Positions 33,913 to 44,816 of a DNA stretch of 64,000 bases are shown here, piece by piece. This DNA comes from an uncultured Ectothiorhodospiraceae bacterium. GTDB lineage: Bacteria > Pseudomonadota > Gammaproteobacteria > J044. Numbering within the stretch: position 1 is the first letter of the stretch; every line of letters begins with the position of its first letter. The position numbers and the translations under genes were made by a program. Under the pieces are notes generated by a model that saw only the letters and a program-made list of their open reading frames with translations, had not been told where the DNA came from and searched no databases. Where the stretch lies: contig CAZXNH010000008.1 of assembly GCA_964641615.1 (NCBI GenBank), positions 37,717 to 101,716 of the forward strand. Direction: 5' to 3'.

Positions 33913-35376
33913 ATGAGTGCAGAATTACTAGTCAATGTAACCCCGATGGAAACCCGAGTTGCGCTGGTGGAAAATGGCGTCCTGCAGGAGATATCGATTG
34001 AACGTAATCGTCGTAAGGGCCTGGTCGGAAATATCTATAAGGGCCGCGTCAGCCGCGTGCTTCCCGGTATGGAGGCAGCCTTTGTTGATATCGGGCTCGA
34101 ACGTGCGGCCTTTCTACATGCCTCTGATATAGAAACGCCCCAAAACGAAAGCGATGATGACAGTCGACCACATATCGGTGAGCTGGTGTATGTCGGTAAG
34201 GAGTTACTGGTTCAGGTTATCAAGGATCCTATCGGTACCAAGGGCGCACGATTGACCACGCGCCTGAGTATTCCTTCCAGGTTCCTGGTGCTAATTCCCA
34301 ACAGCGATAATATTGGCGTTTCTACCCGTATCGATAACGAAAATAATCGTCCTCGCCTGAAGGAAATGATAGAACGCCTGGCCGATGAAATGAGTAGTCC
34401 GCATGGCTACATTATTCGTACTGCTGCCGAAGGTATTTCCGAAGAGGCCTTGCGCGGCGACATGCAGTTTCTGAATAAACTCTGGGAGTGTATCCAGGAT
34501 CGCGTGAGTAAAACCCCTTCTGCTTCAGATATCTATTCAGATCTGCCACTCATACAACGCACCCTGCGCGACATGGTTGATGAGGATATTGAACGCATTC
34601 GTATCGACTCGCGTGAAACTGTGCAGAAGATGACCAGCTTTGCACAATCCTATATTCCTGGCCTGGCATCGCGTATTGAGCATTACCCTGGTGAACGACC
34701 AATCTTTGATATTTACAGTGTAGAGGATGAAATTGAGAAAGCCCTTCAGCGCAAGGTACAACTCAAATCAGGTGGTTACCTGATTTTTGACCAGACAGAG
34801 GCCATGACCACTATTGATGTAAACACCGGTGGTTTCGTGGGTCATCGTAATCTTGAAGAAACCATATTCAAAACCAACCTGGAGGCCGCCCAGGCTATAG
34901 CGCGTCAGCTACGCCTGCGAAATCTGGGGGGCATAATCATTATCGACTTTATCGATATGGAGCAGGATAGTCATAAGGAACAGGTGCTCAGCGCCCTGGA
35001 GAAGGCACTCGAAAAGGATCACGCCAAGAGTCATATCTGTGAAGTCTCCGCGCTGGGACTGGTTGAAATGACCCGTAAGCGTACTCGTGAGAGCCTGGAA
35101 CATATTCTCTGCGAGCCCTGTCCTATGTGTGAAGGCAGAGGGCATATCAAGTCTGCAGAGACGATTTGCTACGAGGTATTCAGAGAGATCATGCGCGAGG
35201 CAAGGCAGTTTGATGCCAGGGAATTACTTGTACTGGCAGGGCAATCAGTCGTTGATCTGCTGGTTGATGAGGAGTCGACAAGTCTTGCTCAGTTGCAGGA
35301 ATTTATTTCAATACCCATTCGCATACAGGTTGAGACAATGTATACACAGGAACAGTTTGACGTGGTTCCTCTGTAA
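33913..35376 (+). CDS. rng: Ribonuclease G
   Basis: 487 aa from the internal ATG. S1 domain plus an RNase E/G catalytic core. Confidence 0.9.
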   Translation: MSAELLVNVTPMETRVALVENGVLQEISIERNRRKGLVGNIYKGRVSRVLPGMEAAFVDIGLERAAFLHASDIETPQNESDDDSRPHIGELVYVGKELLVQVIKDPIGTKGARLTTRLSIPSRFLVLIPNSDNIGVSTRIDNENNRPRLKEMIERLADEMSSPHGYIIRTAAEGISEEALRGDMQFLNKLWECIQDRVSKTPSASDIYSDLPLIQRTLRDMVDEDIERIRIDSRETVQKMTSFAQSYIPGLASRIEHYPGERPIFDIYSVEDEIEKALQRKVQLKSGGYLIFDQTEAMTTIDVNTGGFVGHRNLEETIFKTNLEAAQAIARQLRLRNLGGIIIIDFIDMEQDSHKEQVLSALEKALEKDHAKSHICEVSALGLVEMTRKRTRESLEHILCEPCPMCEGRGHIKSAETICYEVFREIMREARQFDARELLVLAGQSVVDLLVDEESTSLAQLQEFISIPIRIQVETMYTQEQFDVVPL

Positions 35377-35388
35377 GCACATACGTAT

Positions 35389-38300
35389 ATGTTGAAACGT
35401 GTTTATCTTGGAGTGAGCTGGCTGACGATCTTTACGATCGTAGTGTTGGCTGTACTGATCAGTGTAGGGCGTATGCTTTCACCGGCAGTACAGGGCTATC
35501 TGCCCATGATTCAGGATAAGGCGACTGAGGCACTAGGGCAGAAGGTAACAATCAAATCTATTGATGTGAGCTGGCATGGTATTGCCCCGGCACTACGTTT
35601 ACATGATGTTAGCGTGCGAAATGCCTCAGATGATGCAAATGTAATTTTTGTCAAAAATATTAATGTCCGCCCAGATGTGTTCAAGCTGATATTTGAGCAG
35701 CAGCCATACCCCTCCCTGATCAGTTTTTCTGGTGCACGTTTCCCTCTGCATCTTCTTGAAGACAAACGTCTGATCGTTCCTGGTCTGGAGATACTCGAAA
35801 ATGCCAGTGTTGATAAGACTGAAGAGGCAGACCTCGAAGAACTCATGGGCAGGCTTAGTGGTGTTTCTATCGAGCTCGTTAACAGCCGTATCGACTGGCG
35901 TAGTGAATTAACAAATGCAGATTTCATATTTACAAGGATTCATGCGCGCTTAGCCGTCGATGAAGATCTAATGCTGATTGAAGCAGATGTTGGGCTTCCT
36001 GATCGTCTTGGCGAACGTCTACGCCTTAATGCCCGAATTGAAGGACCCTTGTGGCTACCCAGTGGCTGGGAGGCAAGGGTTTATGCCCAGGCAGCAGGTC
36101 TGCACTTCTCAGCCTTATCCAGGGAGTCTTTGTTACGTGTTGCTGAAATGAAAGATGGTCATGGCGACATGGAAGTTTGGCTGGACTGGGGGCAACAGGG
36201 GCTTGAAGATTTTCGTGGCAATTTCAAGTTACACGATCTTTCCTGGGCGCATGCAAAAGGACAGGATGATTACCGTCTGGACAAGACCAGTGGGCGTTTT
36301 CTGTTCCGGCGTCAGGCATCGGGCTGGACACTTGATTTAAGTCGCTTTGAGCTGGAACGCAATGGTTATCGCTGGCCCAGCTCCTCTGTAAGTTTACGCA
36401 TGACATCAGATGAGCGAGTCAGTCGCTATCAGCTGGATGCAGATTATTTAAACCTGGGGCAGATAACAGAATTTATTTCCAGCCGGGCAGAACTGAAAGA
36501 TGAACAGCGCCTCTGGGTTGAGCGACTCAAACCCAGGGGTGCCCTGAGAGATATAGCTGTGAATGTGCTGCTGGAGGACAAGGCACTTGAACAGCTTGTT
36601 GCCAGCGGCGAGTTTCTGGATGTTGGCTGGGAGCCATATAAAAAAATCCCTGGAATTAACGGGCTGGATGGACAGTTCAGTCTCGATGAGGACGATGGTT
36701 CCTTCCTGCTGGCAACTGAAGATGCGCTTGTTGATTATCCCTGGTTATTCAAGGACAACCTGTCTGTAAGAAATCTGCGTGGTGAATTTGACTGGAGCAG
36801 GCAGGGTAAAAAGATCAGTCTCAGGGGCCGCACCATTAAAGTCAGTAATGAGGATATACGCGGTGAAGGACAGTTTGACCTGGAACTTGGTGGCGGCCCG
36901 GGTCAGATGGATATGCAGTTTGCATTCTTTGACGGTAATGGGAAGCAGATTGCTCGTTATCTGCCTGCAGGTATACTCAGGCCCAAAACCTATGACTGGT
37001 TAGTTATGGCCCTGCAGGATGGTTTTGTTCCTGAAGGCCAGTTGTTGTTCAAAGGTAATTTCAGGGACTTTCCTTTCAGAAATGGTGAAGGTGTTTTTAT
37101 AACTCGCTTCACGGCTCGCGATGTATTGCTCAAGTATGGAAAAGGATGGCCAGCTATTGAGGGCTTATCCGGCGAGGTCGAGTTCCGCAACAACAGTATG
37201 AACATAGTCGCGAATGGAGGTCGCATCTACGATAGCAGGATCGAAGGTGGCGAGGTTTCAATTAAAGACCTTTTTGCCGCGCGACTACTGATCGATGCTA
37301 GGGCCAGGGGGCCAATGGCCAATGTCTTCAGTTTTCTTTCCGATAGTCCCCTTGGTGTTGGCAAGGAGCAGATACTCAATGACCTGGAAGCCAGGGGTAA
37401 TAGCAAATTAACTCTGGGTATAGATATTCCGCTTAGTAACAAACTTGCACCGGAGGTGCATGTTAACGGGCATCTGGATATGGCGGGTGGCAGCATCCGC
37501 TTTAAGAAACAGGATTTGTTGTTTAATGATCTGGCCGGGCAGTTAAAGTTCACAGAAAAGTCGGCACATGCTGATGATTTAACGGCAAGCTTTGACCGGG
37601 TGCCTGTGAATGTGAATGCTCATACACAAACGGACGGGCATATAAATGTGCTTGTTGAGGGTGTGCTACCTGCGACGTCGATTGTGCGTTACCTGGAGCC
37701 GCATATACAGAAACACTTTGCTGGTGAATCTCTTTGGTTGGCCAGTTTAACGATACCCCCGATGGGTAAGGCGGGGCATGGTTATCCTCACCTGTCCCTG
37801 CAGTCAGATCTGGTAGGTACCTCCAGCACATTACCATCTCCTTTATTCAAGGAGCAGGAAGTGGCATGGCCCATTCAGGTTGGCTTGTACCTGGGGCGGG
37901 ACGAACTGCAACAGGTTTCGATTGATTTGAAAAACCGATTGTCTACTCAGGTCGAGTTGGCGGCCTCAGGGGGTGCGGCGATAAAACGTGCCGATATTCG
38001 GCTTGGGTCTGCGCGAGCAGCCCTGCCGCAACAGGGTATACAGATCAGGGGTAATGTTGACCGTATTAACGTAGATCAATGGATTGATCTCTTTTCTGAG
38101 CCTGGTAATGCCAGAAAAGCCCAGTCAGATGGCGCCATGGGGCAGCTCAATAAACTAGCCCTGCATGCGAATACCCTGGTGTTTGGTGGGCGTGAATATA
38201 ATAGTTTCAAGATTAATGCCCTGAAGAAGCAGGAGATCTGGTCTGCACTTATTGATAGCCCCTGGGTCCTGGGTACGGTTTCAGGTAGTGTTCAGGATTT

Positions 38301-39243
38301 TGCTAACAGACCGCTCAAGCTAGAGCTGGATTATCTGGATCTGGATCATTCAGATCTTACGAGACAACGTCAGGAATCACTTCAACCAGAAGAATTCCCC
38401 GCTGTTACCATGCAGGTTGGCCGCCTGAAATTTGCTGGCAGGGAGTTTAGTAAGGTCAACCTTTCCACGCGAAAGTTGCGCAATGGATTGCGTATCCATG
38501 CCCTTTCTTTTGATGCTGACGGGGTAAACGCTCGTATCAATGGTGACTGGCGTTCAGTTGGCAGTAATAAAAAGCAAACTACACAGCTTACCTACAATCT
38601 GCAGCTCTCTGACCTGGGTAAGGCCAGCAAGTTTATCGGCTGGGAATCAGGCCTTGAAAAAGGAGATGGAAGTCTGATTGGGTCAGCCAGCTGGGACGGC
38701 GGGCCTGCAGACTTTTCCTATGCCAATAATTTGCAGGGGCGTGTTGACGTTGATCTGAAAAAAGGTGTTATTACCGGTGTGGATGCCGGAGCAGGGAAAA
38801 TACTCGGGCTCTTTAATCTCGATATGTTAGGTAGTCGTTTGCAACTGGATTTTTCAGATTTGCCAGAAGAAGGCTTTGGTTACAAGACCTGGACTGCAGA
38901 GGTGCGTGTTAATGGTTCAAAGCTTACCTCGCGCGACATGGAGCTTGACGGCAGTGCCGGTAAACTTCGTCTTGATGGTATTGCAGATATGGAAAACCGG
39001 GAAATGGATGTGAAGCTTGACGTAATGCCCGATTTATATGCGGGTGTCCCAATTGCCGGAGCTATTGTTGCAGGCCCGGCTGCAGGTGCGGCCCTTTATT
39101 TGCTGGGTAAGCTGCCCGGTGTAAGCCAGGCCCTGGAAGAGGGCGGAAAGATTGAATACCAGTTGACTGGTCCGTGGGAAGAGCCAAAAGTTGAAAGGCT
39201 GACCGTGATTACCGAACAGGAAGAAGACGAGTCTTTATTCTGA
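35389..39243 (+). CDS. yhdP: YhdP family (AsmA-like) large envelope protein
   Basis: 1284 aa. N-terminal TM anchor, then a long beta-rich periplasmic body. Sits after rng as in E. coli. Confidence 0.8.
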   Translation: MLKRVYLGVSWLTIFTIVVLAVLISVGRMLSPAVQGYLPMIQDKATEALGQKVTIKSIDVSWHGIAPALRLHDVSVRNASDDANVIFVKNINVRPDVFKLIFEQQPYPSLISFSGARFPLHLLEDKRLIVPGLEILENASVDKTEEADLEELMGRLSGVSIELVNSRIDWRSELTNADFIFTRIHARLAVDEDLMLIEADVGLPDRLGERLRLNARIEGPLWLPSGWEARVYAQAAGLHFSALSRESLLRVAEMKDGHGDMEVWLDWGQQGLEDFRGNFKLHDLSWAHAKGQDDYRLDKTSGRFLFRRQASGWTLDLSRFELERNGYRWPSSSVSLRMTSDERVSRYQLDADYLNLGQITEFISSRAELKDEQRLWVERLKPRGALRDIAVNVLLEDKALEQLVASGEFLDVGWEPYKKIPGINGLDGQFSLDEDDGSFLLATEDALVDYPWLFKDNLSVRNLRGEFDWSRQGKKISLRGRTIKVSNEDIRGEGQFDLELGGGPGQMDMQFAFFDGNGKQIARYLPAGILRPKTYDWLVMALQDGFVPEGQLLFKGNFRDFPFRNGEGVFITRFTARDVLLKYGKGWPAIEGLSGEVEFRNNSMNIVANGGRIYDSRIEGGEVSIKDLFAARLLIDARARGPMANVFSFLSDSPLGVGKEQILNDLEARGNSKLTLGIDIPLSNKLAPEVHVNGHLDMAGGSIRFKKQDLLFNDLAGQLKFTEKSAHADDLTASFDRVPVNVNAHTQTDGHINVLVEGVLPATSIVRYLEPHIQKHFAGESLWLASLTIPPMGKAGHGYPHLSLQSDLVGTSSTLPSPLFKEQEVAWPIQVGLYLGRDELQQVSIDLKNRLSTQVELAASGGAAIKRADIRLGSARAALPQQGIQIRGNVDRINVDQWIDLFSEPGNARKAQSDGAMGQLNKLALHANTLVFGGREYNSFKINALKKQEIWSALIDSPWVLGTVSGSVQDFANRPLKLELDYLDLDHSDLTRQRQESLQPEEFPAVTMQVGRLKFAGREFSKVNLSTRKLRNGLRIHALSFDADGVNARINGDWRSVGSNKKQTTQLTYNLQLSDLGKASKFIGWESGLEKGDGSLIGSASWDGGPADFSYANNLQGRVDVDLKKGVITGVDAGAGKILGLFNLDMLGSRLQLDFSDLPEEGFGYKTWTAEVRVNGSKLTSRDMELDGSAGKLRLDGIADMENREMDVKLDVMPDLYAGVPIAGAIVAGPAAGAALYLLGKLPGVSQALEEGGKIEYQLTGPWEEPKVERLTVITEQEEDESLF

Positions 39244-39603
39244 CGGATTGCTACGGTAACGCTTCAGCTCATTCAATAACCATTCACCACTGGGCATGCG
39301 CTTGCCGGCACAGACGACATGATAGCGTTTGCCAGTCATACTACTTTTCGTAGCAGTGTATTCGATGAAGTCCTCGGTCGAGGAAATCCATTTTCGCGCA
39401 TAATCATATTTCATCTGAATATGTTCGCTTGCCTGGGCAGATTCATGCACGGTGCCATTGCGGTCGAACTGGCAGCCAGACTGCTCAATAAAGCTGAGCA
39501 GATGATTGATTTCCCTCTCATTCGGTGCCGACCAGGCAGGTAAAGCAAGAAGTGTCAGTAGACAAAGTAGTGTCAATTTAAGGTTCATAGGGCTCATACT
39601 CAT
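39235..39603 (-). CDS. Small secreted hypothetical protein
   Basis: 122 aa with signal peptide MNLKLTLLCLLTLLALPAWSAP. Overlaps the 3' end of the EEP gene. Confidence 0.45.
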   Translation of the reverse strand: MSMSPMNLKLTLLCLLTLLALPAWSAPNEREINHLLSFIEQSGCQFDRNGTVHESAQASEHIQMKYDYARKWISSTEDFIEYTATKSSMTGKRYHVVCAGKRMPSGEWLLNELKRYRSNPSE

Positions 39604-40435
39604 TCAGGACAAAACGCACCATGAGAGGGTGATGATCTGAGGATTTAACGGGCAGGACCTCACTATTCACAGCCTCTAGGCCCCGGAAGTAAATATGATC
39701 GACGATGCGCCCCATATGCGTTGCAGGTTGCTGACCATCAAACTCCACTGGGCTTAGCCCTAGTTCCTGGGCCACTTGTTTCAGGGTATTCATGCGAGCC
39801 TGGCTCCAGGTATTAAAATCACCGGCCAGAACCACCGGGCCAGTATGGTGACGGACTATTGCCTTAACCTCATCCAGTTGCTGTGCCAGGTCGACAGCGT
39901 TAGTCGTGAAATTAATGCCATGTATGTTTGCAACCAGCAGAAGCTGTTTGTTCTCGTCTATTGGGTAAAAGCTGATCAGTGCTGCCTTGGGCAGGTAGAT
40001 GTTGGGCTCATGTCGAATCAGGCTGCAGTTCACATCGGACTGAGCCCTTCCAGCAGTCAGTACCCCGGTAGGTGTTTTCCTGTATTCAAAGGCGGGGCTC
40101 ATATCCCACATCAGGCGAGTCTGTTCCAGCCAGTCCTCAAGGTCAGGCTGTAAGGCGGCCTCCTGCAGCAGTAGTACATCTATTTCCTGACCAAGACGTG
40201 CCAGATCATCCTGCCAGCCAGCATCATTGAGTTTGTGAATGTTCCAGCTTACCAATGAGAACTCATTATTAATGAGAGACTTAGCTTGTTCCTGTGCCTG
40301 CGATTTTGAATGACAGACATGCGAGACAGGGGTGCTGTCCCCGAAGCTATTAATAAGCTGGGCATGTTCTGGTACAGAGACGCAGGCTGTCATCAGGGGC
40401 AAGGGCAAAAGAGCCAGAAGCAGAGTTCGAAGCAT
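39578..40435 (-). CDS. Endonuclease/exonuclease/phosphatase (EEP) family lipoprotein
   Basis: 285 aa with a lipoprotein-like signal ...PLMTAC. EEP motifs SWNIHKLN (N-terminus) and SDHHPL (C-terminus). Confidence 0.75.
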   Translation of the reverse strand: MLRTLLLALLPLPLMTACVSVPEHAQLINSFGDSTPVSHVCHSKSQAQEQAKSLINNEFSLVSWNIHKLNDAGWQDDLARLGQEIDVLLLQEAALQPDLEDWLEQTRLMWDMSPAFEYRKTPTGVLTAGRAQSDVNCSLIRHEPNIYLPKAALISFYPIDENKQLLLVANIHGINFTTNAVDLAQQLDEVKAIVRHHTGPVVLAGDFNTWSQARMNTLKQVAQELGLSPVEFDGQQPATHMGRIVDHIYFRGLEAVNSEVLPVKSSDHHPLMVRFVLNEYEPYEP

Positions 40436-40519
40436 CAGGAATATCTTATGAATTACGTAGGTAGATAGAGTGCTGGGATCTGTAGGAGTTCCTGGTAGTT
40501 TACGCCAAAGTCTTGTCTA

Positions 40520-41596
40520 TCAGAGCCAGTCACCATACTGCAGACCGATGCCTAATGAATTCGACTTGTGGTTGTAATCTATAAGTGTTTCACCGTATCC
40601 GTAAAACCACTGGGTATAGAAACGAATATTTTTGTAAACGGGATAGGTCCAGCCCAGCTGTATGGCGCCGCGGTTTTCATTGAAGTCCAGATTGTTTCTC
40701 AGCAGGACGCTGTAACTGTTCTTACCACGTTTGGTAGCCCCGCCTAGTTCAAAATTACCCATATAATCAAGTATATCCGGGTTGTCATCTTCTGATTCAG
40801 GGATGCGGACCCAGGGTTTGAACATCAGGGCTGAACGGCCTTTCTCGAGCAGGAACCTGGCATAAATACGGTTCCAGCTTCGCGACAGGGGATCTTCACG
40901 GCCATTGGACTGGTGCACGATGCCGCCATCAATTGCCCTGTTTCTCCAGCCCAGAAACTCCCAGTCATTGTCGAAGCTGATCCAGGCCTCAGGTTCATGG
41001 TTAATGTCACGGAAGGGGCTGGAAAGATCCTTGTTATAGATCTGCCAGACAGAGAGGTTGGTATAGGCAAAAAACAGATGCCCATTGTCACCGAACAGGT
41101 TCTGTACGATCGGTGCTTTAATGCTGACCTGGAACTTGGCCTCAATGTTTTGAAAGTCAGGTGTTTCACTGATGGGTGGTTGCTCCCAGGGAGCAGTGTT
41201 CATGTCCGTGAAATGGTGATTGGCAAGCAGGAAATAATTAGTCTTGTGAGGCAGCAGTACAAAGGGGTTAGTCAGTGCCACTTTTTCTGCCTCGAAGCGG
41301 GCATCCAGGGCGTAATGTTCTTCCGCTTCGTTTTCTGAGGTCTCTGGTGATTGCAGAGAAGCCGCTGTTTCAGGTTCCTGTCGGCAGGCTTTTCGTAGTT
41401 CTCCCACCGTTGTTTCATCGTGCGCATTCTGCAGTTGCTGAATCAGGCAGTCCTGGTCCAGGGCGCCCATACCAATAGTCGGCATCAGCAGCCCCAGGAA
41501 AAGAAACAACATATGACCTGGTATTCGCGAGAAAGTAGTGCGCATCGATATAGTGCCTGCCTGCAAATATGATTCTGTTGTTACAAGTTGGGCCAC
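40520..41596 (-). CDS. pldA: Outer membrane phospholipase A
   Basis: 358 aa with a GTG start. Catalytic His-Ser-Asn context IVHQSNGRE and the C-terminal barrel YTQWFYGYGE...LGIGLQYGDWL. Confidence 0.85.
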   Translation of the reverse strand: MAQLVTTESYLQAGTISMRTTFSRIPGHMLFLFLGLLMPTIGMGALDQDCLIQQLQNAHDETTVGELRKACRQEPETAASLQSPETSENEAEEHYALDARFEAEKVALTNPFVLLPHKTNYFLLANHHFTDMNTAPWEQPPISETPDFQNIEAKFQVSIKAPIVQNLFGDNGHLFFAYTNLSVWQIYNKDLSSPFRDINHEPEAWISFDNDWEFLGWRNRAIDGGIVHQSNGREDPLSRSWNRIYARFLLEKGRSALMFKPWVRIPESEDDNPDILDYMGNFELGGATKRGKNSYSVLLRNNLDFNENRGAIQLGWTYPVYKNIRFYTQWFYGYGETLIDYNHKSNSLGIGLQYGDWL

Positions 41597-41707
41597 GAGA
41601 ATATCAATTTCAGACTATAAAGTATTGTGTATCACTGACGATATAAAGTTATAGAGATTAACCGTAATCAAGCGTGGTGCCGCGCCACTCAGACAAGGTT
41701 CGCCAAT

Positions 41708-43621
41708 ATGTTTAGAAAGATAAAGATCAGCACCCGACTCATGGTTGCCAATGCGATCATGGTGATACTGGTCATTGGGCTGATTATTCCCTTTAGTAAC
41801 CACCAGGTTGAGTCCCTGATGGAAAAGGCCGAATCTCGTGAGCTTGAAGGTCTGTTCAACATTGCCCAGGGCGAGCTAAAGTCGAAGGGTGAGCTGGCTA
41901 GGGCCATGGCGACCATCGTGGCAGCAACTCCAGAGGTGCAGGCAGAATTCGCCAACGGAGAGCGTGATGCCCTGGCAGAAAGACTGGTTCCGCTGTTCGG
42001 GTATCTGAAAAGCGAGTATGCGGTGCGGCAGTTTCAGTTTCACACGCCTCCTGCAACCTCCTTTCTCAGAGTTCATAAGCCACAGAAGTTTGGAGATGAT
42101 CTGTCTTCATTCCGAAAGACCGTGGTAGAAACCAACAAGACCCTGAAACCAATTTCCGGTCTTGAAAAGGGCGTTGCCGGTCTGGGTATTCGTGGCCTGG
42201 TGCCAGTCATGCAGGGTGATTCGCATACGGGTTCTGTCGAGTTTGGCCTGTCGTTCGGTCAGCCGTTTTTTGATGAGTTCAAAGCCCAGTATGAAGTGGA
42301 GCTTGCCCTGTACATTCCCGATGACTCCGGCAGCTTCAAGGCATTTGGTTCTACCTTTGGTAAGGAATTCCGTATCAATCCGAGTGAACTAAACAATGCC
42401 TTGCAGGGGGATGCTGTTGGCCTCAGGGCCGAGGTTAATACACTGCCACATGACCTATATTTACGGTCAATAAAAGATTTCTCTGGCAATCCTGTCGGTG
42501 TTCTTCTGTTGGCCAAAGACAGGACGTTCTATGCCGAGCAGATTGCAGGTATTCGTAACTTCTCACTGCTGATCGGTTTTATTGCACTGTTAGCTGGTCT
42601 GGCGATTACATCTTTTGTCAGCCTCGGTATTAGCGGGCCCATTCGTCAGGCAGCCCTGGCAATGAAGGATATTGCTCAGGGTGAGGGAGACCTGACACGC
42701 CGTCTGGATGCCAGTGGGTCTGATGAAGTATCCGATCTGGCTGATGCCTTTAATCAGTTCGCAGAAAAGGTACGCAAGACCGTTGCAGACGTTTCTGGTG
42801 TCACCGTGCATCTGGGCACCTCTTCCGAGGAGATGGCCGCCATCACGAATGAGGCTGCCGATAGCGTGGCCCATCAACAGGAGCAGACCGAACAGGTTGC
42901 TACTGCGATGAATGAAATGACTACAACTATTCAGGAAGTTGCTCGTAATGCAGCAGAGGCAGCTAATGCAGCAACTACAGCGTTGGCTCAGACGGAAAAA
43001 GGGCAGGGCGTTGTGCAGTCGACCATAGATAGTATTGGTGGACTGGCATCAGAGATCGATCGTGCCGCAAGTGTGATCAATGAGCTGGAAGCCCAGTCAG
43101 TTAATATTGGTAGTGTGCTGGATGTTATTCGGGGTATAGCTGAGCAGACTAATCTGCTGGCGCTAAATGCAGCGATCGAGGCTGCACGTGCCGGCGAGCA
43201 GGGCAGGGGCTTTGCAGTCGTTGCCGATGAGGTGCGCACCCTTGCCAGTCGGACTCAGGAGTCTACCGAAGAAATACAGGGCATGATTGAAAGTCTTCAG
43301 GCAGGTTCTCAACAGGCTGTGAAGGTTATGCAGCAATCGAATGTACAGGCACAAACTACCGTGGACCAGGCCTCTGAGGCCGGTGGGGCATTGAGTGATA
43401 TCTCCAGTTCTGTAACGACTATCAATGATATGAATATGCAGATTGCCAATGCGGCAGAAGAACAGGGGCTCGTTTCTGAAGAAGTGAACAGAAATGTAAT
43501 TCGTATGAATGATGAGCAGGGTCGAGTCTCTGAGAGTAGTGCGCAAATCTCTCGTGCAGGTGAAGATCTGGCACAGCTGGCCGCACAGTTGCAGCAACTG
43601 GTTCAGCAGTTCCGTACATAA
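41708..43621 (+). CDS. Methyl-accepting chemotaxis protein with a Cache-type periplasmic sensor
   Basis: 637 aa. TM1, a periplasmic sensor of about 270 aa, TM2, HAMP, and an MCP signalling domain with the highly conserved [32 protein letters not shown]. Confidence 0.9.
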   Translation: MFRKIKISTRLMVANAIMVILVIGLIIPFSNHQVESLMEKAESRELEGLFNIAQGELKSKGELARAMATIVAATPEVQAEFANGERDALAERLVPLFGYLKSEYAVRQFQFHTPPATSFLRVHKPQKFGDDLSSFRKTVVETNKTLKPISGLEKGVAGLGIRGLVPVMQGDSHTGSVEFGLSFGQPFFDEFKAQYEVELALYIPDDSGSFKAFGSTFGKEFRINPSELNNALQGDAVGLRAEVNTLPHDLYLRSIKDFSGNPVGVLLLAKDRTFYAEQIAGIRNFSLLIGFIALLAGLAITSFVSLGISGPIRQAALAMKDIAQGEGDLTRRLDASGSDEVSDLADAFNQFAEKVRKTVADVSGVTVHLGTSSEEMAAITNEAADSVAHQQEQTEQVATAMNEMTTTIQEVARNAAEAANAATTALAQTEKGQGVVQSTIDSIGGLASEIDRAASVINELEAQSVNIGSVLDVIRGIAEQTNLLALNAAIEAARAGEQGRGFAVVADEVRTLASRTQESTEEIQGMIESLQAGSQQAVKVMQQSNVQAQTTVDQASEAGGALSDISSSVTTINDMNMQIANAAEEQGLVSEEVNRNVIRMNDEQGRVSESSAQISRAGEDLAQLAAQLQQLVQQFRT

Positions 43622-43622
43622 T

Positions 43623-44816
43623 TTAAACGTACTGACCAGTGCACCAGCCTGATGACCAGGCCCACTGGAAGTTATAACCGCCAAGCCAGCCGGTGACATC
43701 CACGACTTCACCAATGAAGTAGAGACCGGCTCGCTTTCGGGACTCCATGGTCTTTGAGGAAAGTTCGTTTGTATCAACGCCCCCGGCAGTGACCTCGGCT
43801 GTACGATAGCCTTCCGTACCTGATGGATGTAACTCCATGTTATTCAGCTGCTGAGTAATGAGGTGAATATCTTTTTTACTCAGTTCATTAAGTGGGCGGT
43901 CTGGCAGCAGCTGCTCGCATAGCTGCAGGGCAAGGCGCCTTGGCATAACTTCTGCCAGTAGTGTTCTGAGTTCAATACGGGGACGTGCTAACTGTTGGTC
44001 CTGCAGCCATTGGGCCACCTCGATATCAGGCAGGAGATTAATACTGATGGATTCTCCCTTTTTCCAGTAGCTGGATATTTGGAGAATGGCAGGGCCGCTC
44101 AGGCCCTTGTGCGTGATGAGCAGCTGCTCCCGAAACTGATGATCCGTGCATGTCGCTGTGACCTCCAGGCTGATGCCGGACAAGCCCTGGAAGGGATAGT
44201 CCGGTGCCCCAGGGTCAAAGGTCAGAGGCACTAGCGCTGGTCGCGTTGGTACGATTCTGAGTCCAAACTGCCTGGCAATGCGATACCCGAAATCAGTGGA
44301 GCCCATGCGTGGAATGGAGGGGCCGCCAGTGGCAATGACAAGGCTTTCACAGCGGTAGCTACTAATGTCTGTTCTGACCAGGTAGTGGCTGTTATCTGCG
44401 TGAATATCATCTATATTTTCCTGCATATGGATGTGGACACCGTGTTCCCTGCACTCTGCCAGTAACATATCGACAACGGCCCCTGCCTTCTGGTCGCAGA
44501 ATAACTGCCCCAGGGTTTTTTCATGCCAGGTGATGTGATGCTCTTCCAGTAAATGGATGAAGTCCCATTGCGTATAGCGTGAAAGGGCGGATTTGACGAA
44601 ATGCGGATTGTCGGAAATATAGGCCTCAGGTTCTACATAGAGGTTAGTGAAATTACATCGCCCACCCCCTGAAATCAGTATTTTCGGTCCGGCTTTTTTT
44701 GCCTTGTCGATAACCAGTGTTTTCCGATTGCGTTTCCCCGCCTCGATAGCACACATTAGTCCCGCAGCACCGGCACCAATGATTATGACATCATAACTAT
44801 GTGGCTTACTGGCCAA
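43623..44816 (-). CDS. HI0933/BaiN-family NAD(P)/FAD-dependent oxidoreductase
   Basis: 397 aa with YDVIIIGAGAAGLMCA, a Rossmann GxGxxG. Confidence 0.85.
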   Translation of the reverse strand: MASKPHSYDVIIIGAGAAGLMCAIEAGKRNRKTLVIDKAKKAGPKILISGGGRCNFTNLYVEPEAYISDNPHFVKSALSRYTQWDFIHLLEEHHITWHEKTLGQLFCDQKAGAVVDMLLAECREHGVHIHMQENIDDIHADNSHYLVRTDISSYRCESLVIATGGPSIPRMGSTDFGYRIARQFGLRIVPTRPALVPLTFDPGAPDYPFQGLSGISLEVTATCTDHQFREQLLITHKGLSGPAILQISSYWKKGESISINLLPDIEVAQWLQDQQLARPRIELRTLLAEVMPRRLALQLCEQLLPDRPLNELSKKDIHLITQQLNNMELHPSGTEGYRTAEVTAGGVDTNELSSKTMESRKRAGLYFIGEVVDVTGWLGGYNFQWAWSSGWCTGQYV

